From the NCBI GenBank assembly GCA_963674705.1, contig OY771506.1, positions 4,576,001-4,640,000 on the forward strand: a stretch of DNA of 64,000 bases, in the 5' to 3' direction. The notes beneath the pieces are model-generated. The model made no database searches. It was not told the origin of the DNA and saw only the letters and a list, made by a program, of their open reading frames with translations. Made by a program: the position numbers and the translations under genes. Below, in pieces: positions 52,359-61,496 of this stretch (positions are counted from its first letter, which is position 1; each line of letters opens with the position of its first letter). The DNA comes from Phycisphaeraceae bacterium. Its GTDB lineage: Bacteria > Planctomycetota > Phycisphaerae > Phycisphaerales > Phycisphaeraceae.

Positions 52359-53180
52359 ATGCTAAGAGCCCTCCGTCGATACATTAGAGCCTTCGGCTAC
52401 CTCGTGACCGGTCGCATTGATGCGGCGCGCAACTCGCTATCCACGAGCCCGAGTGCGATCAACGCCACATATGAACACATCATCGAGAACAAGAAGCAGT
52501 CGATCCAGCAGTACAAGGACGCCATTGCCCGTCTGATCGTGCAGCACGAGACGAAGATGAGCAAGATCCGCGCGGAGACCGAAGCGATCAACAAGCTGGA
52601 ACAACTCAAGGAGGGCGCGGCGGCGCAGGCGCGGCTGATGGTCGAGCAGATGAAGGCCGACGGTGCAACGATCGAGCAGATAAGGGCGAGTGAGGCGTAT
52701 CAGAAGTGCATGCTCGCGTTTCAGGACTTCAAATCGACGATCGACGAGAAGACGCCGCGCATCGCTGAGCTGGAGGATGATGTGCACGAGATGGACGCCG
52801 CCATCTCCGGCCACAAGGTGCAGGTAACGGAAATGCTGCGGGAAGTGGAACGACTGCGCAGCGAGCAGGCGGAAGCGGTCGCCGAGATCATCACCGCCAA
52901 GGAAGAGGCGGAGTTGAACGATATGCTCGCGGGCATCAGCAAAAACCGCACATCCGAGGAGCTTGCCGACATGCGTGAGTTGCGCATACAGGTGAAAGCC
53001 AATGCGCGTGTATCCAAGGAGCTGGCGGGCACGGATCAAAAAGCGCAGGAAGCCGAGTTCATGCACTACGCGCAAACGAGTAAAACGAGTGATGAATTCG
53101 ATGCTTTGATCGGCCTGGCGGATAAAACAGACACCGCCGGCGGGGACATGCCCGAAAGCGAATCAAAGCTTCGGGAATGA
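52359..53180 (+). CDS. PspA/IM30 (ESCRT-III superfamily)-like coiled-coil protein
   Basis: Amphipathic basic N-helix (MLRALRRYIRAFGYLV), S-P turn, long helical hairpin and C-terminal DEFDALIG; operon context. Confidence 0.65.
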   Translation: MLRALRRYIRAFGYLVTGRIDAARNSLSTSPSAINATYEHIIENKKQSIQQYKDAIARLIVQHETKMSKIRAETEAINKLEQLKEGAAAQARLMVEQMKADGATIEQIRASEAYQKCMLAFQDFKSTIDEKTPRIAELEDDVHEMDAAISGHKVQVTEMLREVERLRSEQAEAVAEIITAKEEAELNDMLAGISKNRTSEELADMRELRIQVKANARVSKELAGTDQKAQEAEFMHYAQTSKTSDEFDALIGLADKTDTAGGDMPESESKLRE

Positions 53181-53228
53181 ACCAGCCGGCGGCGTCGTTG
53201 TTTAACAATTCGAAAAACAGAATCTGAA

Positions 53229-54362
53229 TCAGCGGTGTTTACGACGCAGTGCTGTCGCACCGGCGCCCGCTGCCAGCAGCATCATGGCGCTGGGTTCGGG
53301 GACGGCAGCAACCGGTGGTGTGCCGGCGTTCCAGTTATTCAAAATCTGATCCAGGTCTTCCAGCCCGACGTAGCCGTCACCGGTCGGATCGCCTTCCAGG
53401 GGATTGCCTGGGGTGACGTTCTGGTTCCAATTGCCCAGAACGATGTCCAGGTCATCGAGCCCGACGAAGCCGTCACCGTTCAGATCGCCGACCAGGCTGA
53501 CCGTACCGTCATCACCGGCAGCGATAGGCGAATCATCATCGGTGAATGCCCAGCGCAGGATCTGGATTTCAGGATGGCTGTAGGCGGTGATAGGTTTGGG
53601 GCTGGTTAGTCCATCATGCGTACCTTCGCGGACGACGACTTCGATCCAGCCGTAGCCGCTCCCGGTGCCGGTAGAAAGCCCGGTGATCTTGAACCCGACA
53701 TAGGAAGGTGTGCCGGGGTTACCGGTGGCATAGAGGTTGTCCGTGTTGTCAGGGACGCCGTCCCAATCCCCGGGCCTGCCGGAGCCGCGCATCATACCGG
53801 AGTATGAACCGAGGTTATTGTCGTTGCCATCACCGATCACTTCCCCGGCGTTGAAGCCTTGCAGCTTCATCTTTGTGGAGCTGGTAGATGGTAAGCCATC
53901 TTCGTCCGGATTATCCGTGTCATTGCTCAGAAGCGTCACCTGTCCGGAGCCGTAGACGAAGCCGTAGGCATAACCGACCTTGGTGCTGTTGCAGATCAGG
54001 TAGCCGCCGTAGTTCCCGCCACGGAAGAAGTTGACATCACCGGTGTTGTTTCCATCAAGGTCGATGCCCCATGCGGTGGTGACCCCGTAGGTGCCGCCAT
54101 ATTGATAGCCAAAGCCCTCGGTGGCCCAACCGATTGAACGGAAGGGGTAGTTGCCGGGGTAGTAGGCGTCTTCGATCGGTGCCGGTTCGTTGGGGTTGCC
54201 AACCAGGCTCTTGGTGAGAAATTCGGGCGCATCGACTGTGGTAATCGTCGCATAGGCGGCGTTGCCGAATGCGAAGCTGCCCAACCCTGCCGCGGCGGTG
54301 TATCGAGCAAGCCGACTCGCTACACTTGCTTCTCCATGGCTCTTACTGACTGCTTGGTTCAT
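53229..54362 (-). CDS. PEP-CTERM surface protein with RLxxYxAAAG leader and dockerin-like module
   Basis: RLARYTAAAGLGSFAFG leader; SYVGFKI..GYGWIEV..RWAFTDD..IAAG; GDLNGDGFVGLDDLD pair; VPEPSAM...RRKHR. Confidence 0.85.
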   Translation of the reverse strand: MNQAVSKSHGEASVASRLARYTAAAGLGSFAFGNAAYATITTVDAPEFLTKSLVGNPNEPAPIEDAYYPGNYPFRSIGWATEGFGYQYGGTYGVTTAWGIDLDGNNTGDVNFFRGGNYGGYLICNSTKVGYAYGFVYGSGQVTLLSNDTDNPDEDGLPSTSSTKMKLQGFNAGEVIGDGNDNNLGSYSGMMRGSGRPGDWDGVPDNTDNLYATGNPGTPSYVGFKITGLSTGTGSGYGWIEVVVREGTHDGLTSPKPITAYSHPEIQILRWAFTDDDSPIAAGDDGTVSLVGDLNGDGFVGLDDLDIVLGNWNQNVTPGNPLEGDPTGDGYVGLEDLDQILNNWNAGTPPVAAVPEPSAMMLLAAGAGATALRRKHR

Positions 54363-54532
54363 CTTGTTTTTCCTCCAAAATGTGGCCGTCCAAAGTATTG
54401 GGGACGGTGAAAAGCGAACGGTAAACGTGCTGCCGAATTCTCGTGCGTGGGTCAGACCATGCAGAGCTGCCGTGGTCCGAATCCTACACTTCCATGATCT
54501 ATATATACGTCCTGGTTGTCATTGATGATACC

Positions 54533-54565
54533 TAATATATTGCCCCAAGAGATTAATATATTGTC
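54533..54565 (-). promoter_or_regulatory. Tandem direct repeat GACAATATATTA / GGCAATATATTA with 21-bp period (candidate XylR/AraC site)
   Basis: The + strand reads TAATATATTGCC at 54533-54544 and TAATATATTGTC at 54554-54565. Confidence 0.65.
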
Positions 54566-54585
54566 TGGCCAGTGTGTGCGTATCG

Positions 54586-56601
54586 CTAGTTGTCTATCTC
54601 CAACTCCTGGCCCCTGAGGTTTCGGATGGCCAGGTCGTGTTTCCATGCCGAGTCATTTTCCCGGCCGGTCTGGCGGTAGAGCGAGGCGAGCAGCCGTTTG
54701 GCCCGTTGCATGCTGGGCGCGACATGGACCGCCGTCTCCAGGGCGAGGATGGCTTCGTCATGCCGGTCCAGGTGGGCCAGCGCGGCGCCGAGGACATAGT
54801 GTGATATCGCGAGTTGATGGGTCAGCCCCACCGCACGCAGCGCGAAGTCGATCGCCTGGTCGTATTGTTTGCGTTTGAGCGCGACACGTGCCCGGCCCTG
54901 CCATGCGTGGGCACGCTCCTCATCAAGCTCAAGTGCGCGGGCAAACGCATCGTCTGCTTCATCGAGTCGGTTAAGAGACAACATGGCGCTACCGATGGTG
55001 GTCAAGCCCTGTGAGTTGTCGCTTAACTCGCCGGCACGCTCCAGGCATTGCAGCGCCTCCTCCGGCTTACCGTCACTGACGTATATCTGTGCGTAAAGCA
55101 TCTGGCCGAGTGGGCGTTCGAGTCGCTTCGCAGGCAGCTCATTAAGTATCTGTTTACAGTCTTCGTATCGCCCCATACTCGCGAAGCACAACGCCAATTC
55201 AACGCAGCAATGTTCGCGGAATTCGGCATCTTCAACCTTGTCACACTGATCGATCAACTCACGCCACGCATCGACGGCTTCATCTTTGCGTGGGCCATAC
55301 GCCAGCGATGTGGCTCGATAGAGTTTTTGTGAACGGAGGGTTTGTTTTACGGTTTTCTCAACATCATCGCCCGGTTTTTCGATATACCCCAACTCCACGA
55401 GCTGGCGGATAGACTCGGCTTCGGCGGCGGGATCGCTCCTGACATCTTCAGGATGCAGGCCCGGATCACCTTCATCGAAGGTCTCCCAACTGATGCGTTT
55501 CTCGGCTTCGACGGGTTTGTCGAAAAGTTCCAGCCAAGGCCTGCCCTCCATGTCCGAACCGATCGGCAAGCCTAGTAAGGCCAGGATTGTCGGCGTGATA
55601 TCCAGCAACGTCGCACCGTACAACCTGTCGTTTTGCTTTATCCCCGGGCCCGCCGCCGCCGCAACACCGAACGGGCGGTGCCAGGAGATGGGGTTATCGT
55701 AGCCATCCGTACCGGGTCGCAGGCCCTGGCTGTGGAAACCATGATCGCTGACGAGGATGACCGTGGTGTCTTCGCCCGCGGCCTGCATCATCGCGCCGAG
55801 CATCATGTCCTGGAAACGGTAGGCACCGGTGACGCATTGTCCGTAGAGTTCGGCATCCTTCGGGTTGATACCTTCAACCGCGGGCGGGTGGTATGGCATA
55901 AACGTGTGGCCGAAGTGATCGATCGCATCGAAGTATACGGCCATGAAGTCCCATGGCTCGCTGATCATCGTGTGCATCGCGGCCGCCTGGATCGTCGACA
56001 TTTTCGCGATAAGCTTCGCGAGTTTTTCAAGCCGGTCATCTTTTTCCTGATCGATCTCAGCGGCGCGAGGCACGAATGATGTGATCACCTCACCAAGTAG
56101 AGAAGGTTCGACGATCAGGTCAATAAGCGCCGGGCCAAGCCGGTCGGGATGGATCATGCCGGGGCGCTGGCCACGGTAGCGCGGGCGCAGCGTCGGTTGC
56201 ATGCAGTAACGGTCGGTGATCACACAGCCGTTGATGGGTTCGGCGGGGTAACTGGCGAACCAGTTAACGACGTTGGACTTCAATCCGTTCTGCGAGAGGA
56301 TATTCCAAATCGCTTTGCACTTACGGCTGGTGCTGCAGACCGGACGGATGCCGGACGCATCGGGCATGGGTTCAACGAAGTCGTAAATCCCGTGGCGGTC
56401 GGGCATCTTGCCTGTCGCGATCGAGTTCCAGAGCATGGGAGAAAGAATGGGCTGGAGCGTCGCGATCTTGCCATGGATGCCACGGTCCATCAGCGACTTG
56501 AACGCGGGCATCTGCCCACGATCCAGAAGTTCGTTGATGATGACCCAGTCGGCGGCGTCCCAACCGACCAGCAGCACCTTCTTCGCCAGACGTTCTGACA
56601 T
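54586..56601 (-). CDS. Alkaline-phosphatase-superfamily (NPP/COG3379-like) enzyme fused to TPR repeats
   Basis: GWDAADW, LSPMLWNSIATG, DAIDHFGH, VSDHGF, WHRPFG, QLVELGYI, then TPR-like helices. No signal peptide. Confidence 0.88.
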   Translation of the reverse strand: MSERLAKKVLLVGWDAADWVIINELLDRGQMPAFKSLMDRGIHGKIATLQPILSPMLWNSIATGKMPDRHGIYDFVEPMPDASGIRPVCSTSRKCKAIWNILSQNGLKSNVVNWFASYPAEPINGCVITDRYCMQPTLRPRYRGQRPGMIHPDRLGPALIDLIVEPSLLGEVITSFVPRAAEIDQEKDDRLEKLAKLIAKMSTIQAAAMHTMISEPWDFMAVYFDAIDHFGHTFMPYHPPAVEGINPKDAELYGQCVTGAYRFQDMMLGAMMQAAGEDTTVILVSDHGFHSQGLRPGTDGYDNPISWHRPFGVAAAAGPGIKQNDRLYGATLLDITPTILALLGLPIGSDMEGRPWLELFDKPVEAEKRISWETFDEGDPGLHPEDVRSDPAAEAESIRQLVELGYIEKPGDDVEKTVKQTLRSQKLYRATSLAYGPRKDEAVDAWRELIDQCDKVEDAEFREHCCVELALCFASMGRYEDCKQILNELPAKRLERPLGQMLYAQIYVSDGKPEEALQCLERAGELSDNSQGLTTIGSAMLSLNRLDEADDAFARALELDEERAHAWQGRARVALKRKQYDQAIDFALRAVGLTHQLAISHYVLGAALAHLDRHDEAILALETAVHVAPSMQRAKRLLASLYRQTGRENDSAWKHDLAIRNLRGQELEIDN

Positions 56602-56650
56602 AAACTGACCTCTATCCTCACGGCCCCTTATTGTACTTGCATCTGTTAAG

Positions 56651-56684
56651 AAACCGGCCGACGTTTTGAAGCGCCGGCCGGTTT
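56651..56684 (-). terminator. Probable intrinsic terminator/attenuator between the PEP-CTERM gene and the AlkP-TPR gene
   Basis: AAACCGGCCG...CGGCCGGTTT inverted repeat with T-rich runs on both strands. Confidence 0.6.
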
Positions 56685-56858
56685 TTATTTGCAGGTTTTC
56701 TTACGTCAACTAGGCAAATTACCCAGATCAACTTTGAGCAAATCGGGATCGGTGCCACACTTTGACTCCGAAGGAGCAATGTGTGCGGGGGCCAGCACAC
56801 CTTGTCGCTGTGCGATCAAGATGTGGCACCCGATACACCGAAAGTCAATCCAAAAACC

Positions 56859-57620
56859 TCATTTACGGCGACGCAGGCCCATCGCACCGGCACCGGCGGC
56901 AAGCAACGCCAATGTGCTTGGTTCGGGCACCTCACCGGCAGCGATCGTCGAGCCATCGTCCGTATAGGCCCAGCGTGTCAAGGTGATCGTCGGCAGTGAG
57001 CCACCGCCCAGATCACTGACAATCACTTCGATCCAGCCGAAACCGTCGAATGTGCCGTTGTTGTCGATGTCGATCTTGAAGCCGATGTACGACGGGTCTA
57101 CGCCGTTGTACGGCACACCCTGCCAGTCGCCGCCGGCGTAAAGATCGCGGAGGATATTCTTGTTGTTGGTGCTGGCGTCCGTGTCGTCGTCGCCGATAAT
57201 CTCACCCGCGTTGAAACCATCCAGCGAGCGGACGGTGCCGTTGCCATCGGGGTTGTCGGGGTTGTTCAACAGTACAACCTGGCCCGACCCGGAGATGGAG
57301 CCGTAAGGCGTACGGTAACCGATGATGTCGGTGCGACCGATGAGGTATCCGCCGTAGTTGCTGCCTTGGAAGAAACCGACATCGAGCGTCGCGCCGTCGC
57401 CGACGATGTCGACGCCCCAGGACTGCCCGCCATAAGGCTGTGCGGTTTCAGAGACCCAGCCCTTGGTTGCGCCCTGGACGCCGAAGTCGACCGGGTCATA
57501 GACGATGATCGTGCCTTGCGCAGCCGTGCCAAAGGCAAAAGCGCCCATGCCCGCGGCGGCGGAATACATGACCAGCCGCTTGGCCGAATCCGACCTTAGT
57601 TCCTGAGTATTCTTTCTCAT
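56859..57620 (-). CDS. PEP-CTERM surface protein with RLxxYxAAAG leader (paralog of 53229, no dockerin)
   Basis: RLVMYSAAAGMGAFAFG, NYGGYLI, GFNAGEIIGD, SYIGFKI, GFGWIEV, RWAYTDD; VPEPSTL...RRRK. Confidence 0.87.
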   Translation of the reverse strand: MRKNTQELRSDSAKRLVMYSAAAGMGAFAFGTAAQGTIIVYDPVDFGVQGATKGWVSETAQPYGGQSWGVDIVGDGATLDVGFFQGSNYGGYLIGRTDIIGYRTPYGSISGSGQVVLLNNPDNPDGNGTVRSLDGFNAGEIIGDDDTDASTNNKNILRDLYAGGDWQGVPYNGVDPSYIGFKIDIDNNGTFDGFGWIEVIVSDLGGGSLPTITLTRWAYTDDGSTIAAGEVPEPSTLALLAAGAGAMGLRRRK

Positions 57621-57756
57621 GCAAACCCTCCTTAAGTGATTTGAAATCCAGCGATACAGCCCAAACGACCGGCAGATGCCCCCCGGATTGTCCCCCGGAC
57701 AACTGGAAGGCCGATCAGCTTATTGAATATTAACGTCAATCGCGCCAGGATCGCCC

Positions 57757-57789
57757 AAGCATTTTGTCTCTTTGGTATACTATGTTGCC
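57757..57789 (-). promoter_or_regulatory. Tandem repeat GGCAACATAGTA / GACAAAATGCTT with 21-bp period (candidate XylR/AraC site)
   Basis: Minus-strand copies at 57778-57789 and 57757-57768, in the divergent intergenic region. Confidence 0.5.
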
Positions 57790-57826
57790 AAATCGGCGTG
57801 GCCGCATGGCCCGGAGACGTAGCCAA

Positions 57827-58993
57827 ATGTCCAAACTGCAGCATGTTGCATTGTTAATCGAAGCGGACCGTTCGCTGGACCGGGGCGTGGCGTACGGCGT
57901 CGGGGACTACCTGCACGACCACCCGAACTGGTCGCTGTTCGTCGACAAGGGTGACCTCAAGTGGTCCGACTTCCGCAGTTGGCATGCCAGCGGCGTGATC
58001 ACGAGCACCAGTTTGCTAGCCAGCCTGCCCAAGCAGCAGATCAGTCGGCTGAACGTTCCGCTGGTGGCATTCGGTGGGCCGGAGAAAGACGAGCGGATCA
58101 CACAGTGGCCCACGGTGATGTCCGACCAGGTCGCGATCGGCGAGATGGCGGCCGAGTACCTGATCAACCAGGGCCTGAATCACTTTGCGTTCTGCGGGCC
58201 CGAGCAGGTTGATATGGACCCGTGGTGGCGGATGCGCGTTGAAGGGTTTGCGCGACGCTTGAGCGCTTCGGGTTTCGACTACACGTTGTACAAACCCAGC
58301 AAGTCATTGCAGGTCTGGGGCAAGCGACAGGCGGCGCTTGAGAAGTGGCTGCGCGGATTGGAAAAACCGGTGGGGATCATGGCGTTTTTCGATGAGCGTG
58401 CGCGCGAGTTGATCGAAGCGTGTCGGATCGCGGAAATCGCTGTTCCAGGCGAGGTTTCCATCATCGGCGTCGACAACGATCAATGGCAGTGCAACCTGTC
58501 AAAACCCACAATTACCAGCGTGGATACGGGCATCCGCAGGATGGGTTATGAGGTGGCGTCGCTGATGGATCGTCTATTGATGGGAGAACATATCACCGAG
58601 CAACCGGTGATGTTGCCACCGGAGCGTGTGGTGGAGCGTGGCTCGACGGAATACCTGGGCTTTACGAACTCTGCCGTAGCCGAAGCGGTGAAGTACATCC
58701 GCACCCATGCATGCGATCCCATTACGGTGACGGATGTGTTGGACGAGGTAGGATTGTCGATGTCGAAAGCACATCGCGACTTCAAGGCAGCGCTCGGCCG
58801 CAGCGTGCACCAGGAGATCCAGCGCGTACAGATGGAGCAGGTCAAGCATCTGCTGGTGACAACGAACCAATCCATCAAGCAGATCGGTTACGCGACGGGA
58901 TTCGAGAACACGAAGTACATGTCGAAGCTGTTTCACAAGCTGGTGGGCCAGACACCGAGTGAATTCCGCCGATCTCATTCACTGAAAGTGTGA
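57827..58993 (+). CDS. XylR-type regulator (sugar-binding domain + AraC HTH)
   Basis: VALLIE, HFAFCG, KPVGIMA..D.RA, VPGEVSIIGVDND, IGYATGFEN..F.K..GQTPSEFR; SD GGAG before ATG 57827. Confidence 0.9.
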   Translation: MSKLQHVALLIEADRSLDRGVAYGVGDYLHDHPNWSLFVDKGDLKWSDFRSWHASGVITSTSLLASLPKQQISRLNVPLVAFGGPEKDERITQWPTVMSDQVAIGEMAAEYLINQGLNHFAFCGPEQVDMDPWWRMRVEGFARRLSASGFDYTLYKPSKSLQVWGKRQAALEKWLRGLEKPVGIMAFFDERARELIEACRIAEIAVPGEVSIIGVDNDQWQCNLSKPTITSVDTGIRRMGYEVASLMDRLLMGEHITEQPVMLPPERVVERGSTEYLGFTNSAVAEAVKYIRTHACDPITVTDVLDEVGLSMSKAHRDFKAALGRSVHQEIQRVQMEQVKHLLVTTNQSIKQIGYATGFENTKYMSKLFHKLVGQTPSEFRRSHSLKV

Positions 58994-59134
58994 ATCGAGG
59001 CGCTGCTTCACTTTTTGGACATATCAGAGTTATTTGATCATGATCCACGCGCTTGCGCGTGGGGCTGTTGACGATGTGCTGCAATAGGGACGCTGGGGCA
59101 CGTGGTGGGCTTGGTGATATTGTGCCCAGGAAGG

Positions 59135-59165
59135 TTGACAATATATTATGTCATTGGTATACAAT
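59135..59165 (+). promoter_or_regulatory. Sigma70-like promoter overlapping a GACAATATATTA box
   Basis: TTGACA 59135-59140; TATACA/TACAAT 59158-59165; box at 59137-59148; TGACA-N8-TGTCA inverted repeat. Confidence 0.55.
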
Positions 59166-59170
59166 TATGC

Positions 59171-60613
59171 ATGATGATTGTCGGGTGGTTCCTGGCTGCC
59201 TTTGGGCGGCAGGGGTTCTGGCTGCTACCAGCGTGCCTCTGCCTGGCTATCGTTGCATGCTCACATCAACCCCAGCAGCAGACCGAAGACGGGCGCATCG
59301 TCGTTGAATATTGGGAACACTGGACCGGGTTTGAAGGCGAAGCCATGCAGGCTGTCGTCGACGACTTCAACGCTTCGCAGAACCGTATCTATGTCAAAAA
59401 ACTGACGGTGAGTCAGATGGATCAGAAGGTGATCCTGGCGACCGCGGGTGGGAATCCGCCGGATGTGGTTGGATTGTGGTCGTACAACGTGAGTACGTAT
59501 GCGGAAAAGGGCGCGTTGACGCCGTTAAATAAATACCTGGAAGCAGAGGGAATCACGGAGGCAGACTACATCCCGGCGTTGTGGGATTTGTGCGAGCATC
59601 GCGGATTCATGTGGGCGCTGCCATCGACGCCGGCCACGATTGCGCTGCATTGGAACCGACGCTTGTTCAAAGAGGCGGGGCTCGATCCGGATGAGCCCCC
59701 CACTTCGATCGAAGAACTCGACGCCATGGCTGAGCGATTGACGATCGTAGAGATCAAACGCGATGGTGTGAAACAGCGCGTGCGCTACACAGACCTGACA
59801 CAGAGCGGACGCGACAGTAAAGACTTCGACATCGTTCAGCTTGGTTTCAGCCCTAATGAGCCGGGCTGGTGGAAGCAGATGTGGGGCTACTGGTTCGGCG
59901 GGGATTTGTGGGACGGGCAGCGAACCATCACCGCCGATAGCAAAGAGAATATCGATGCGATGACCTGGCACGGAAGCTATTCGCAGAAGTACGGCGTTGA
60001 TAACGTGAAGAAGTTCAGCGCATCGTTCGGCGCTCACTTCGCCTCGCCACAGAATCCATTTCTGGATGAGCGTGTAGCGATGGTGATTCAGGGCGTGTGG
60101 ATGTACAACTTCATCGAGAAGTATTCACCGCAACTGGACTGGGCGGCCGCGCCATTCCCGTCGATAGATCCACAAACGTTACCTGATGTGACGATCATCG
60201 ACTGCGACATCCTCGCGATCCCTGCGGGCGCGAAACATCCTGATGAAGCGTTTGAATTCATCAGTTACGTCAATTCGCAGGGGCCGATGGAGAAACTTTG
60301 CCTGGGGCATCGTAAATTCAGCCCGTTAACAACTGTCAGCGACGGCTTCATCGAGCAGCATCCCAATCCGTACATCAAAGTTTTTATCGACCTGGCGCAC
60401 AGCCCCAACGCGCGTACGACACCTCAGATGTCCATCTGGCAGGAATACAACGAGGAGTTATCCGTGGCGGCCGACCGTGTGTTCGGCGCGATCATGCCGG
60501 CGGATCAGGCGATGCGGTACGTGGAAGAGCGTGTGCAATGGAAGTTCGACCGCGCGCTGCGCCGCTGGGACCTTACCAAAGACGAACGTATCAAACACTG
60601 GACCGAGCAATGA
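59171..60613 (+). CDS. Sugar ABC transporter substrate-binding lipoprotein
   Basis: Lipobox-like LAIVAC; VDDFNASQ, AGGNPPDV, WNRRLFKEAGLDP and VAMVIQGVW. Confidence 0.9.
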   Translation: MMIVGWFLAAFGRQGFWLLPACLCLAIVACSHQPQQQTEDGRIVVEYWEHWTGFEGEAMQAVVDDFNASQNRIYVKKLTVSQMDQKVILATAGGNPPDVVGLWSYNVSTYAEKGALTPLNKYLEAEGITEADYIPALWDLCEHRGFMWALPSTPATIALHWNRRLFKEAGLDPDEPPTSIEELDAMAERLTIVEIKRDGVKQRVRYTDLTQSGRDSKDFDIVQLGFSPNEPGWWKQMWGYWFGGDLWDGQRTITADSKENIDAMTWHGSYSQKYGVDNVKKFSASFGAHFASPQNPFLDERVAMVIQGVWMYNFIEKYSPQLDWAAAPFPSIDPQTLPDVTIIDCDILAIPAGAKHPDEAFEFISYVNSQGPMEKLCLGHRKFSPLTTVSDGFIEQHPNPYIKVFIDLAHSPNARTTPQMSIWQEYNEELSVAADRVFGAIMPADQAMRYVEERVQWKFDRALRRWDLTKDERIKHWTEQ

Positions 60614-61494
60614 CGCGCAAGCAACGCCACAACCTGCGGCTCGGTCTGCTGTTCATCAGCCCGTGGATCGTCGGCTTCCTGATTTTCGGAGCGTACCCGA
60701 TCGTGATGGCGGTCTACTATTCGTTCTGTGATTACGATGTACTGCGCGACGCGGTGTGGGTCGGGCCATTGAATTACCAGGACATGGTCACGGACGATGT
60801 GTTCTGGAAGTCGCTTTACAACACGCTGTTTTACACCGTGGTTTCGGTGCCGTTGAGCCTGACGTTGGCGTTGATGATCGCTGTATTGCTGAATCGGCCG
60901 ATCCTGGGCCGGTCTCTGTTCAGGACGTTCTTCTACATCCCCGCGATCGTCCCGCTTGTGGCGGTCAGCATGATCTGGATCTGGGTGTTTGAAGGCGAAT
61001 CGGGTTTATTGAATTACGGATTGAGCCTGATCGGGATCGAAGGCCCGCAATGGTTGAACGATGCGTCATGGACGAAGCCGACGCTGATCCTTTCAAGCGT
61101 CTGGCAGACCGGCGGCGCGATGGTGCTGTTTCTCGCGGGGTTACAGGATGTGCCGCGTTCGCTTTATGAATCGGCTGACCTCGACGGTGCGGGACCGGTT
61201 GAGCAGTTACGACACATTACGATCCCGATGATTTCACCGGTGTTGTACTTCAACCTGGTGATGGGGATCATCCTGTCGATCCAGGAATTTGTGAAGCCTT
61301 ACATCATGATGCCGAACGGCGGAGAGGACCGCTCCGCCCTACTGTTTGCGGTGTATATCTATCAAAACGCTTTCCAGTACAACAACATGGGCTACGCGTG
61401 TGCGATGGCGGTGGTGTTGTTTGCGATGATCCTGTTATTGACCTGGCTTGCGACCAAAGCGATGGCGGGCCACGTGTATTACGGCGGAGACTGA
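60610..61494 (+). CDS. Sugar ABC transporter permease (MalF-like)
   Basis: ATGA overlap with the upstream gene; FISPWIVGF; EAA-type loop LYESADLDGA; MGYACAMA. Confidence 0.92.
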   Translation: MTRKQRHNLRLGLLFISPWIVGFLIFGAYPIVMAVYYSFCDYDVLRDAVWVGPLNYQDMVTDDVFWKSLYNTLFYTVVSVPLSLTLALMIAVLLNRPILGRSLFRTFFYIPAIVPLVAVSMIWIWVFEGESGLLNYGLSLIGIEGPQWLNDASWTKPTLILSSVWQTGGAMVLFLAGLQDVPRSLYESADLDGAGPVEQLRHITIPMISPVLYFNLVMGIILSIQEFVKPYIMMPNGGEDRSALLFAVYIYQNAFQYNNMGYACAMAVVLFAMILLLTWLATKAMAGHVYYGGD

Positions 61495-61496
61495 AC

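Noticed and set aside
57764..57826. Upstream TTG start for the XylR-type gene
   Set aside because: It overlaps the putative operator/promoter; ATG 57827 has an SD and matches the family N-terminus.
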